NCBI RefSeq assembly: GCF_964355755.1
Contig: NC_092672.1
Coordinates: forward strand, 33,238,437 to 33,302,436
Length of the DNA: 64,000 nt
Reading direction: 5' to 3'
Source: Antedon mediterranea
Lineage: Eukaryota > Animalia > Echinodermata
Shown: one piece after another, positions 1 to 13,000 of the stretch
Layout: each line of letters begins with the position of its first letter
How positions within the stretch are numbered: the first letter of the stretch is position 1
The notes under the pieces: generated by a model
Database searches by the model: none
What the model was told of the DNA's origin: nothing
Seen by the model: only the letters and a program-made list of their open reading frames with translations
Translations under genes and position numbers: made by a program

Positions 1-1819
1 TGCTAATTTAATGGTGGATACATAAATATATTAAATTGCAAGGAATATTTCCCTTACAAGATTATGGAATAAATTGATTAGGTTCTAATAAATAATATTT
101 ATTAGTTACTTGATTGGATGAATCTATTGAAGAGGCATATTTGAGTTGATTCTATATAATTTTACGGTTGAATTCAAAATATATTGTTTATAGGATTTTA
201 AAATAAAATTTAAATCTAAATGGCATTAGTGTACACAGTATAGTAGCTTTAATATAAAACAAAAAAAACCCCCAAAATATCGATTTCTATATTATTAATT
301 TAAATGTAAATTTATCTATATTACTAAAATTAATTATTTGAATAATAAAATAATGCACTGTACAACAAAATGGTTAGGAATATTTCACTTGTTACGATTT
401 GATCTAAAAAATCTTATACAGAATCATGCAAAAAGGCAAAAAAGAAATGGACTAACATAAAAAGAAAATTATTAACTTGTATTTCTTAAAATTACATGTA
501 TCAATTTTTAATTGTTTCATTATTAATATTATTTTAATTTTTATATATATTTAAAACTTTTTTTTAATGACATTTTATACAATTTCTATATATAACTACA
601 ATGTGTAATATGAAGAATGAAATAAAAGTGGGTTGGCCCCACAAAAGAGAAAAAAAAGGAATATTTCAACAAAGAAAAGGAGTAATATTACTGTATAACC
701 ATAGTGCGCAGATTCTCCTCCTTTTTTTTGCATTCTTTAAAAACCACATTAGGAAATTTTAAACTTCAAAGACTTAACAAATAAATTCACCATCACTGGC
801 TAAGAATTTCAAGCAAAGAAAGAAACATAACTGAAAATAACTTGTTAACAGCGGGTCTAACAGCCAACTCCTCGGTAATATTCCAACACACAGCTGGAAC
901 GCTCTATCTTATTACACTATGTTTTACATCAGGTTAGGCCAGTGTGATCATTTAGTACAGTACTATGAATAAGTACTTTCGGTGCGCATTTAAGCCCCTG
1001 AAGGCAAATGTTAAACTGATGAAAATGAGGTTACTTTCATAAACACTCTCAGGGCCTCAGGCACTTAAAAAGTATTATAAACATTTTAAATGATCGTGTA
1101 AAGATATAACACAAATGAGCCTACTGTAGCATGTTGTAGTTATCTAATATTAAGATTGTTATCTATTCTGTTAATTAAATTATCTTAATACAATTACTTT
1201 TAGTTTTATAGCAGATATCATCTTTCTGATGTTGTGTTATAACAGCATAGGTTTAAACACCTCAATATTTAAGGCCCATTTACACTAGGACAAAATGTAG
1301 TTTAGCAATCTCTCCACACCATCACAACATCTAAATTGCAATCACTGATTCAATGACATTATTTCATTTGATAAATTTAATAATTTGTTTGCATTACAAA
1401 ATATATCAACTTCACTCATAATTCATAATTTATTATGCAGAACAGAATCATATCGATCAAGGATTTATTATACAGGAATCCATTTTAATTTGCAATGATA
1501 ATTGTTGCTATAAACTGCATAATCGATTTATGTACATTTTCATATTTCTCGTTAATTATATTTCAGTTTCAGATACTAAACATGGTCATTAATATTAAAA
1601 ATGCATGAATATGTGCAGCTACTAGCTAGAGGGTCTTGTAAATTGACACTTTATGTATGCTTATTTTTCTCAGTAGCCTAAGAAGTCAATTATTAATATT
1701 TTATTGCTGTCTATGAATGATTAATCAAACATACTGGAATATTATACATTATTACAAATTTTGTTTTTTTAAGTAGTTTCTCTAATTTCTACTACCGATG
1801 GGTTACTATTTTAGGTGCC

Positions 1820-1895
1820 ACTACTCTAATAGTAACCCACTACTCTAATAGTAACCCACTACTCTAATAGTAACCCACTACTCTAATAGTAACCT
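1820..1895. repeat. 20-bp tandem repeat (about 4 copies), probably inside a small MITE
   Basis: Unit cactactctaatagtaaccc repeated. Confidence 0.75.
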
Positions 1896-2164
1896 CCTTC
1901 TAAATAGCCTTCTAACAACCTAAAAAACAATCAAAAAATAATAACCCAGGGTTGCAATTAGAAGATTTACAGTATACCAATGGTAGGCCTTGTGCACACA
2001 ATTAACTGCCGCTAAAATGCGTAATGAATGTTCAAATTTTGTATTTGTAATTTGGTGCCATTTTGAACCAAATTAGAATAGGCTATTATCAAGGTATTGC
2101 TACGCACCAGACTATCTGTATACAACTTTCATCCGATGTGCGCCCTACCACAGAGAGGCAGAAC

Positions 2165-2385
2165 TTTTTTTTTTACCATATTTATTGAGGGTGATCCATC
2201 CAACAATTGCTGATCATTAGGGACCCTTAGAGGTTCACAGGACAAACATCACAAGATGTTCTACATAAACAAAGTCTTTTTGTAATTTTGTCCTTAGAAA
2301 AAATCCCGACATGTGACGGGACTTGAACCCAGGACCCTTGGAGTGGTAGCCAAGCATCATAACCACCAAGCTACAACTCCACTCC
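2165..2385 (-). mobile_element. tRNA-derived SINE
   Basis: On the minus strand: A-box-like TAGCTTGGTGG, B-box GGTTCAAGTCC, 3' stem-loop, AATAAA and A-tail. Near-identical copy at 34921-35136. Confidence 0.8.
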
Positions 2386-2821
2386 ACTTGGATCTACAAA
2401 TCGGTCATGCACATCTGCAGCAGTTTTCTAACCATTTAAAAGCGACTAACCGTAATCCTTTTCAATTCGTTTATCTATTCCTACAGCTGAATTTATGCTT
2501 GGTTTCATTTTCCAAATACCTGTTTGTTTTGTCAGATATAGGTAGGTTTGCTTAATTTCATTTATGGTATGCCTTTCATCACAGCTTGTATGTTGAGGTG
2601 TGAAATTCATTGTTTTTATTTTGCTTTTGAAAGAATAAAAGAAAGCAATAGAGAAAACCTACACTACACTACTTGACCAGTTTATTGTTTCGTGATTGGA
2701 CAAATTATTGAGTATTTACTATTGTATTGTATTGTATTGTATGCACAAAAATATGGAACATTCCTATTCCTTTAAAAAAAAAAAGGGAAATATATATATT
2801 TTTTACCACCACACCAATTAA

Positions 2822-3447
2822 AGCCCCATTCCCTACGTTTTTTAGATCTAATTTAAGATCACAAACTATATTTAATGTAAAAATAATACTATATGGTCCT
2901 ATTGCGATAACTTTTTTCGTCTTTAAACGGTTAAAAATGTGAAAAATAAGCCGATTCTAATAATTATAGCGGCCCGCTATAAATCCCAAAATGCATTGCG
3001 CGCGGATTGATATTTTTGTTTTTCACCTGTAATTCGCCCACTTTTCGATCGATCGTGAGGCCAAAACAAATGGAAGACTGCTAAATTTTCAACGAAAATA
3101 CCGGGTTTTCCCCAATTTGTATCAACGGAGTCTGGCAAAAATAGAAAGACAATTAATGCAGCAACTATACAACGTCAGGCTAGGTATATAGCTCGCGTAC
3201 GATGTTCGTACGTTACCGATGTTTACCAGCTAGGCCTACAAAACTAAGCCTAGCTAGGCTAGGCCTAAGACCGTCCACGAGAGGTCGATCGCCGCGAGCT
3301 ACTTAGGTAGTGCATTGTTTCTCACTTTTTATCATAATTTACCATAAAACGTACATTTAAGACAAGGAATGACATGGTTTAATGTTTTTAAAGTGATATA
3401 TATGTATTATTTTCCAAAAAACGTCCAAATTTGCAGGGAAGGGGTCT
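2822..3447. mobile_element. Non-autonomous TTAA DNA transposon (Kolobok-like)
   Basis: ttaa|AGCCCCATTCCCT ... AGGGAAGGGGTCT|ttaa: imperfect TIRs, AG..CT termini, TTAA on both sides. Confidence 0.6.
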
Positions 3448-3884
3448 TTAAGGCAATACCATATTAAGTAAACGGAGCATTTATATTAAGCTTGGTTCAC
3501 ACTAGAATGTCAGCGCAACACAAATGAGTTGACCACCTCTATCGTATCGTGATTGGTCAAATTACTGTTTGGGGAACACAGGCTTTAAGTCATAGTGATT
3601 ACTGTAGGTTCGCTTTTGTGTCCCATGCCAGCTCACTCAGTTAGTTCTATTGTTTTTTTTTGTATGTCGTGTTCTTCATGTATTTTATATTTGGCAATAA
3701 AAGAATAAGAATAAAAGAAAAAGAACTTGTGTTGCGTCCTAGTGTGAACGAAGCTTTAAGGGGACACAAAGGGGTTTTTTTAATAGAGGTTCTATAGGCT
3801 GAAAGAGATGATTATTCCACACTGTGGAGAAATGAAAAAGCAGATAGTATTGTAAACAACAGCCCCTTTAAACCTAAAACTCAC

Positions 3885-4093
3885 CTTTGTTATCGATAAC
3901 AAATGGGACGTCAGGTGTGATGATTTCGTACTCGCAAATCTTTGAGTACTGCGGTGAACAATCGTCATCAAGAGCTTCTACTTGCGTGAAATTGTAAAGA
4001 ATCTTGCCCTCGTCCACGGCGGCTTCGTACGCAATCTTGTTAAAGTACGGTTTGTTGTCGTTGATGTCTGCCATTACAATGTGCACAGTCGAT
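3885..4093 (-). CDS. CLSTN1: Calsyntenin coding exon 3 (cadherin repeat 2)
   Basis: Overlaps ORF 3874..4086; DINDN cadherin motif; donor gtgagt. Confidence 0.93.
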
Positions 4094-7000
4094 CTACGTG
4101 GATCACAGTGTAGAAAATTGCATGTTTTGTTAAATCATTTTATACATATAATATACATTTTTATAAATTTTTTTTTTTACGTTAATTCTTAAATTATTAT
4201 ACATTTTTTATTATTTCTTTATGTTAATTCTTAAATTATTATACATTTTTTATTATTTCTTTATGTTAATTCTTAAATTATTATACATTTTTTATTATTT
4301 ATTTATGTTAATTCTTAAATTATTATACATTTTTTATTATTTCTTTATGTTAATTCTTAAATTATTATACATTTTTTATTATTTATTTATGTTAATTCTT
4401 AAATTATTATACATTTTTTATTATTTATTTATGTTAATTCTTAAATTATTATACATTTGTTTTATTGCTTTACGTTAATTCTTAAAATATACATTTTTTT
4501 TATTTCTTTATGTTAATTCTTCAAATTTCTTTATATAATATTTGGGGAAGTAATACAGGGAAGGAGGTCAGAGGGAAGAAGTAACAATAGCTTTCAATAT
4601 TATATGATGATACATTCTCAATAATTTGAATGTTTGCTGTGTAAAACAATTCATACAAAACCAAAATGAGGAATTACTTCCTTCTGGGCAGGATTAGCCT
4701 CGTTAACATGCAAATATAATAAATGATTATGAATTATTTGTAATTAAATCCACATACTTGTGAGAAAATCGTGCCGTTTTACCACAATCTCCGGCTTGAA
4801 TTTCGAACTTCCATTCCGGTTGACGCTCGCAGTCGATCCTCTCCGGATCAAGGACCACAATACTTCCCTGACCGGTTACCGTATCAATAAGATCGATACG
4901 GAACGGTACGGTTTCATCAAGTACATGGAATGTACAAATTTGTCCGTTGACACCATCGTCATCGTCTTTTGCGAATATGTGAGGATGTAAATTTACAGAG
5001 TTTGTATTTTCATCAATCTCTCCATGATAACTAACGTCTTCTAGATAAGGTCTATGACTATTGATTTTGTGGACAGACGTATTACCTGTTGAAATAACGA
5101 AACGATAATTAATAAATTTAAAAATTACACAAACCAATAGTGGTGTTGGTAGTCTTATGAGTGATAGCTTAGCTGGACGGGTGATACCACTGTCTTGGCG
5201 GGGAGTTCATGAATAAAATGTTACTTTTCGGTTATGTTCTCACCTTGAAGGGGAAAAGGCCTACAGTATGTCGGTTCATCCAGGTAAGCTAGTCACGTAT
5301 TAGACATAATTATTATACTGTACTAACTACGGTAGGTAATTTGACAAATAATGTCAATCGGTACAGTAGCAATGGTATTTAAAAAAAATATCAAACAGTA
5401 TGCTGACATGACAATACAGAGAAGGTGATTAAACTCTGTGTTGCGGTCGCTAAATTATTATTCACTGTAAAGAAACACAGCAAATGCAGCAACATTTTGT
5501 TTTTTCTGCAGTTAGCCTCTAATTTCCATTAATACAAGCTCAACCATTTGTACATACTCATTAGCAATATTGCATTTGATAACTTGTTGCTATGGCAACT
5601 TGATTATGATTGGTAATAGCCCAGTCTCCAGGGACGTATACATTGCTTGCTCACAGATTAACGACAGTGGAGCAGATTTTGTAGTGTTAATGAACATTAA
5701 ACTAAATGTCAATTTATACGGGAACAGTATAGTACGAATGAAAAAGACTAGACGGTTTATAACAAGAATTTTCAGTTGTTTAGGACAGGACAGTACTGTT
5801 GCATTGGGGCTGCTATGGTGTTTTCAACATTGTTTTGTGCATTTGAAATTTTATTCGGACCCCAATGGAAACTAATTCTTTTTTTTAAGGATTAATTGGG
5901 TTGTCCTAAATTCATCATCAAATGTTTTTTTTTTTTCATTTTTATGTATGTATGAGATGGATTCAAAATACAAACTAACAAACAAAATATAATTGTTAAA
6001 GATGGGTTATTGAAATATTCAAGTAAAATACTCATTGACCTTTGACATGTGCAGCCGTAGGGTTTGGAAATACTCATCATATCTCTCACTCAACACAAAA
6101 CATTGAAAATTCAGAGTCTAAAGGTACATAACCTCTTTACGATTTAAAAAAACAATGCATGTATACAATGACGTCTTTATTTAAAATCAATATTCTGAAT
6201 GCGTTGGTAAATTAATGGCTAGGGTTTTAAGAGCTAAAACTTGCATGGTTTTCATTTTCTATTTAAATTGCACTGTTATTGAACAATAGGATTAAATGAA
6301 TGTTCAATGTGTATGAACCAACAATAAACTCCTTATTGATTTTCATAAAAGGTTCTTCTTTGATTATTTTTAAAGATAAGGCAAGTATTATGAAATAATT
6401 ACAAAAGAATCTTAGTTTAAAGTTCAACATTTTATTAATGTTGTTCAAATAATTATGCAATACTTTAAAAAAAATAAACAGCTCTTTTCAGAAAAGAAAG
6501 ATTCTAAATTGTGTTTCCTTAATTTAATAGTTTATGATTTAGTTTACTTTATCAAAATCAAATTGAATCTTTATTTGTTCCATCTACAGTATACAGTACA
6601 GTAAATCTATGTGCACATAGAAAAATAGTTTTCCTCAAAATCAAATGAAATATGGTAAAGCAAACAAAACAAATAAACAAACAATGCTAATTAAGATGCC
6701 TTTATTTACATAATAACTGGCAGTGTTTTCTTTTCAGCTTTACAATTACAGGTATTATAATAAGCAGAAGAAAAAAATAGTGATATACACTTGACCTTTA
6801 ACAATGAGAAGGTCATCTCAGAGTGGGAGGGGCTTTTATTGTATTCATATGATTGTTATAAAGTCAATACAAACACTTGCTACTATGCTAATACTTCGCA
6901 TCTCATTTGCATAATTTAAAATCTTACAAGTGGATTCAAATTTATGTATATTAACTGTATCTAAATACTACAGTAATTCAATATTAAATGCCTATCAATA

Positions 7001-10000
7001 CAATGTTACTGTTCAGTTAATAACTGTATTGGCCACATGAGTATTCTGTATTACTAAGTAAATAAATTACACATTTTACTATTTTTAGTAAATTAATAAA
7101 TCTGGTGATGTACTAGGATAGATTCATAGCAAATATGTTTATCTCAAAGTCAATATTGCTTTTATTGTTGCAATTCTTTTTTATCAGATTTAGTGAAATC
7201 TATGTACTGTGTGCAATATAATTGTTGAATCATAAATTGAAAACAACTTAACCCAATGTCCCAGTTGTGCATTTTCAAACATTTAAGAGGTAGAAGGAGC
7301 CTTTCTCCCTTTGACCAACAACTGTATGGACCCAGAGGGGTGAAAACATTTTATGTACTGTAAATTAAAACATGTTTTTTGTCATACTGTACATAACTGT
7401 AAACTTAGAACTGCAGGGTTTTTCAGAAACTTACAAAAGGTCTATAAAAAGATGTGTTTGGTATTGATGTATGTATGTACAGTGATAATATAATGTTATA
7501 GATTTGTTTGTACAGTAAGTCCAGTGGGATGACGAATATGTTATCGTCTTTGATTTTCTTTGTTTTTGGATCAAAGCCATACTGTCTTATTCATAAATCC
7601 TCATAATCTACAACATTATCATGTCTGTTGCTAATGTATCCACTGGGATACAGAACTAGTCTGAAATTCGTTCGATAGATGACATAATCAGGTAGTGCTT
7701 TAGCGGTATACAGTATGGTATCAGAGAAAGAAGTAGTGTCAAAATTAAACAATCGTACATACTGGATACATAATTGTAATGGGTGCGTTTCTGCTGTGAT
7801 GAAGTTATTAATTATTCAAGTCGGAGTTTGTTTGCTAGATGACATCATCCGATAATGCGATGAAGTTTATTAATTATTGAGAATTACCGTAACCACTAAA
7901 CTTTTGGAAGTTTCTTTATATTATTTTGTTTCATACAAAAATGGTGAGGGCGCTCTATTGCATGGTACCGTACCGTACTTGGTGGCGTTTAGAATTTTAC
8001 AAACCAGTCTTAACAACGCCAGGGATTGGGTATAACTGTACTCTAGGACTCTAGGCTAATATTGTACAGTACTATATAATCTACAATAACTTACAAATAA
8101 CATAGAAAACTTTTATTAGTGTATTGAAAAATATTTTTACTACTGTACTAGGTCGCAAAAAGGTAAATCAAAAGGGTGATTATTTAATTTACTGTAAAGC
8201 CTGTCTACACTATCAAACTAGTTTGACAAAAAAAATGTGCCCAAATATGATAGTGATACAGTACAGAATGGCCAAATATGGTAGTGATATGCCAAAATAA
8301 TGGTAGTGATATGATGTCATCGTGTCCATATATGGGCACATCACCTACAGTATTTTTGTCACATGAAGTTTGACAGTGTACTGTAGACACAGACAGTAGC
8401 AAGTGCTTAACAACAATGTTGATTTAACAAAAAAGGGAATATCAATAAATGTTTGTCAAGAATCACAGCAAGGGGTTACCTTACCTAACCTGGTTCTAAA
8501 ACTCTATTATATGCAGATGACACTACAGTACACCTACAGTAAACATCTGGTGGTGACATGATGCAATTGCTTTAATCAAGTAAACATCACAGCAGGTTGA
8601 ACTGTACCAAAGTACACAAGTCAACACATTCAAGTAAAACATTGAACATCCTGTGACGGAGTACTGTAGTATTGCAAAGTTGAAAAATGTCAATGTGTAC
8701 AATACATTACAAAACATCATTCTTTTTAATAATACAAAAACAAATTTTGTTTTGTACTGTATGATCCAGTAAAATGTACTGTACACAAACCAACAGTGGT
8801 GATGTTTGAGCAAGGAACAATTGCGAATAGAATTTTTAGTTTAAACATAATAGAGGAATCGGTCCACTGCTACCCTTGTCTACAAGTTACAGTAAATAAT
8901 TAAAAGGGTTGTTGATGAGTACAAAAATTATACAGTTCTTTTAGGATGGTATCTAGATTTGGGTGGTGTTAACTAAGGCTTTAAAGGTGGATTTTCCTGC
9001 TCTACTTCGCCCTGCACAGTTACTGTACAGGGTTACACCCCTTGTACATTCTTTACACCCTATAGTATGGTAATATCAACAAACAGTTTTAGTTTTATTA
9101 TATTTATAATATCCAGAGTCAATACTATTATAATAATAACTATAGGCTTATTATTGTACATGGTTTATTTATTAATATTGTTTGCATGTACAGTATGTTA
9201 AAATACATATTTCTACTTGTAATTTTATTTTTTTGAAAGACAGAATACAGAAATATGTTTTGACATACAGTTTTTTCAGCATCATATTCATACAACTATT
9301 TATAATTCCACATTTCTTTAGTTCAATTATAAATTCTGTACATTCTTAAACTGTTCAGGTTATCCCTGAGCATATCTTAATAATCTTTGGAAAACTCTTC
9401 TGCAGTATGTATTGGTAGTCAATAGAGGCTACTCTCTGCTAACAGGTGTTTTAATAAATCCTAAGAAATAAAAAACAAATTCAATTTTTAAATTGAAAAG
9501 ACAGGTGACCAGAGAAAATGGACATTGGAGAAGAGGCCTTTAACAGAATGAACAAGAAATATTTTTTACAAAAAATGATGCTTAACTTTTTAATTTAACA
9601 GTTTTAATTATTGTTCTTTCTTCATTTAATATATAATTATTATTTTGGGCTTTGGAAGTAGAACGAGTCATGAGTATTAATGATGCTTTTTTATTGATAA
9701 TGATAATGATATTTTTTCTATATTTATTATTATAAGAAAAACGAAAACATTGTTTAATGAACAGGTTTACTGTACAGATTACAGTACTCTCTGCATAGCC
9801 TCACACTGTACTGTACTCTCTTCTCCCAGAAAGTGCCTCAATGGGGTTTGCGCATGACAAGTCCCAGTTTCCCAATACAAATTTTTTTTCAGCCGTACAG
9901 TAGTACTATGCTACGCATGCTACAGTTTCCTAATGCTTGAATACAGTGTGTCTACTAAAGGAGGAACAAAAAATACTGGCTAGATTAAAGATGAAGTAAC

Positions 10001-13000
10001 CTAAAAGTATGTTCTTTTTATCCATTTACTTTTATAGCAGTACTGTATTATCATCCTTACGAATTATATACTGTAAGTACAGTGAATAACATACATTCTT
10101 TATTTGTCAAAAAAAACCAAAAAACTATAGTCAGATAAAAAGTACCAGTTGACAAAAGGAACATAGCTGTAGCTTACACTGTATGTCTACAAACACAGAA
10201 AAAAACCAAATTGTATCTTTATATGGATTTCTGTGTATGTTTTGAAGGAGAGTATGGTTGGTAATCTCATAAATTCTATGAATTCAGGATTAACCATCTT
10301 GAAGATATCCTGCAAGTGCAAGTGTTATTTTAACACCATTGTGGTTATGAGTTGTTTAATGGTCATCTACTGTAGTCTGTGTTTTGATGGCTTTGTTTAG
10401 CTATGAATGCTTGTAATAATATATTCCATGTGTCACTATTGTTACAGTCATCGATCTGTAAAAGGGTGGGTCCATGGATTTTGGTAAGCCCTTTAAACAG
10501 GTAAGGCAACCACTCTACTCTTGGGGCATATTACAACACTGTATTTGCCATTATGCAGCAACATCAATTTTGATTCTAATTTCATCATTTACTATTAGTA
10601 TTATAACCTGTATTTAGAAACATTTACTGTAAATACATCTATAACATGGGCACAGTGCAGCACATACTGTACAGTAGGGTCTTAACATTTCTACTGTAGT
10701 ATCTTTTGCAAACTAATAATAATACTTGGATCCGCCTACGCTACTGAAGATGTTTTTCGATAAGTTCACCACTGTAGCTCTCGTGACTGTACATAGGCAA
10801 TCATTTTTACAAGGAAACGCATCAAATTGTCAGACATGAAATCAAATAAATAGTCATGTTCTTGGTACAACATTAATGTACTACTGTAAACTATAGCGGA
10901 GAAGACAAAAATGTTTAACATAGCATTCTGTCATCAAGTACACAGCACAGTAGGTAGTGAAAATAGTGAACATGCAACATTAAGCACCTTAATTATCAGT
11001 AAGGTGCTCTATTGGGCCATGTTTACCAAACAAACAGCCACATTGTTATCTTGTTTTGTGAACACACTACCTATTATCATGTGATTTATTGCAATTGACC
11101 ACAGTGTTTAAAGTGAACTACTGTACCACTGCCAATATAGTTTTATCTGACATTTTTACCAGGTATTTATCTGACATTTAAATATGGATAGTCTACATTA
11201 TAAGTGCTGCTGTACCTGGATAAACCAACATTGCTTATTTCTCTATGAGTACTGTAAATACAACTGGAATAAAATATAAAACAATTTTTATCAGACAATG
11301 GTACATTCCATGAACTCTACTAGTGGGAACATCCCAACACACTACCACCATATGATTGTTTTTATAGACATGGTACAGTAAGGTGTAGTCATTAATATAT
11401 GAACTTCTTAAGGAAGAAAGTTAATGTTAAGTTTGTTATTTCGGTTATAGTTATCAGTCAAATCAAGTAAAGTATATTTATTCTGTTTTTCCAGTTAAAA
11501 TTATACTTGATAAATATTAACTGATCAAACCAGTTAAAAGTTGAATCATTTCAGAAAAGTCCATTGGGAAATACCCTCTAACTTATGTCGAAATCCACAA
11601 AAAAAATAATCGATTGTTACTAGTTTCTATTGTTTGTAGTTTTCTAAAGAACAGGCAGTGTTTTTTAAACCTGTTAAATATTGACACTGGGTCAAAGCGA
11701 GGTCAATAAACAAGCCTTATTCATTTTGTTCAATAACAGTTTCTCTGCCAAGATCAACAAATTCTATCAGAATCAATACAGAATAACATGGCTTATTTAA
11801 CTGTATTAATTTAGGTTCTACTGTAAGTGTATGACTAATCATAATTATAATAACAACTTATTTTTGTCTTCCTTTTTGTTGTCAAATATTATCCAGTGTT
11901 TTTCGTCTTTTCTCGGTTCTACTATACTCCGTTTCAATTTATTGTTAATCATCACAAAGCAACCCTTCTTTTTTTTAAATTTTGCTCATCTTTTAATAAG
12001 AAAAATAGAGGTGCTATTATATATATATATACGGATTTTTCTTTTTCGTAAATTGTATCCTCTCTTCGGAGAGAGAGGCTATATTGTCGGTTTATCCAGG
12101 TAAGCAGGCACGAAATAGACAGAAAAATTATATACTGTACTGTATAAATTTACAATAGTTGATTGGTTACTGAATTATTTCATTTTTTAACATTCATCGT
12201 CTATTTTTGGAACAATTACGGTATCATAGAAATCTAATTTCTATACAGAAAAAGGTTACCAAATTTATTTACATTACTTAAATAATAACAGGATACAACC
12301 AGACTTCGGGGAAATTCACTGTCAAAAAGTACAGTTAAACTTTTTACATACTATTAATTGTACACTGGTTATCATTATCAATGGAAAAGTTAACAGGATT
12401 TTACACTACAAAATACAATGTAAAAAGACATTAAAACGTGGTCCAGTAAATTTAAAAAAATGATTGTTCTATTCAGACGACTTCCTTTTCATGACTATTG
12501 TGTTAAGCCACATCCGGTTTAATATCAAATTACCTTTTTAATTTAGCAACATTAGTCTCCCAGTATGACATCATTATGACAACATTAATTTTTGTTTAAC
12601 ATCAAAAAGTCACCTTACACATACAGTAATACTGCAACGATGAGACTAGAGTAATGTACTACAGTATATTGATGATATAAATAATGGATAATTCATATTA
12701 TACAGTACTATTATTTTTTTTAATACAGACAGTACAAATTAACTCTTTTATGAAATCCCTTTTCAAAGCAGAATTTAAGACAAAATAACTACAGTACAAA
12801 ATTTAACACAGTACATGTACAGCATAACGATATTATTATTAAGGCTGTTAAAAATGCATTTACATGTACTCGGTCAGTCTTGTCAACTTCTTCTCCATGC
12901 ATAAATTAAGAACATTATGTCAGAACTAGTCAAGCATCACCAAACACATGCAGTGTAAAACCACAGGAAGATGTGAATTTCCACCATATTAAAACATAAT

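Noticed and set aside
4221-4478. Hydrophobic repeat ORF
   Set aside because: Product of an AT-rich 40-bp minisatellite.
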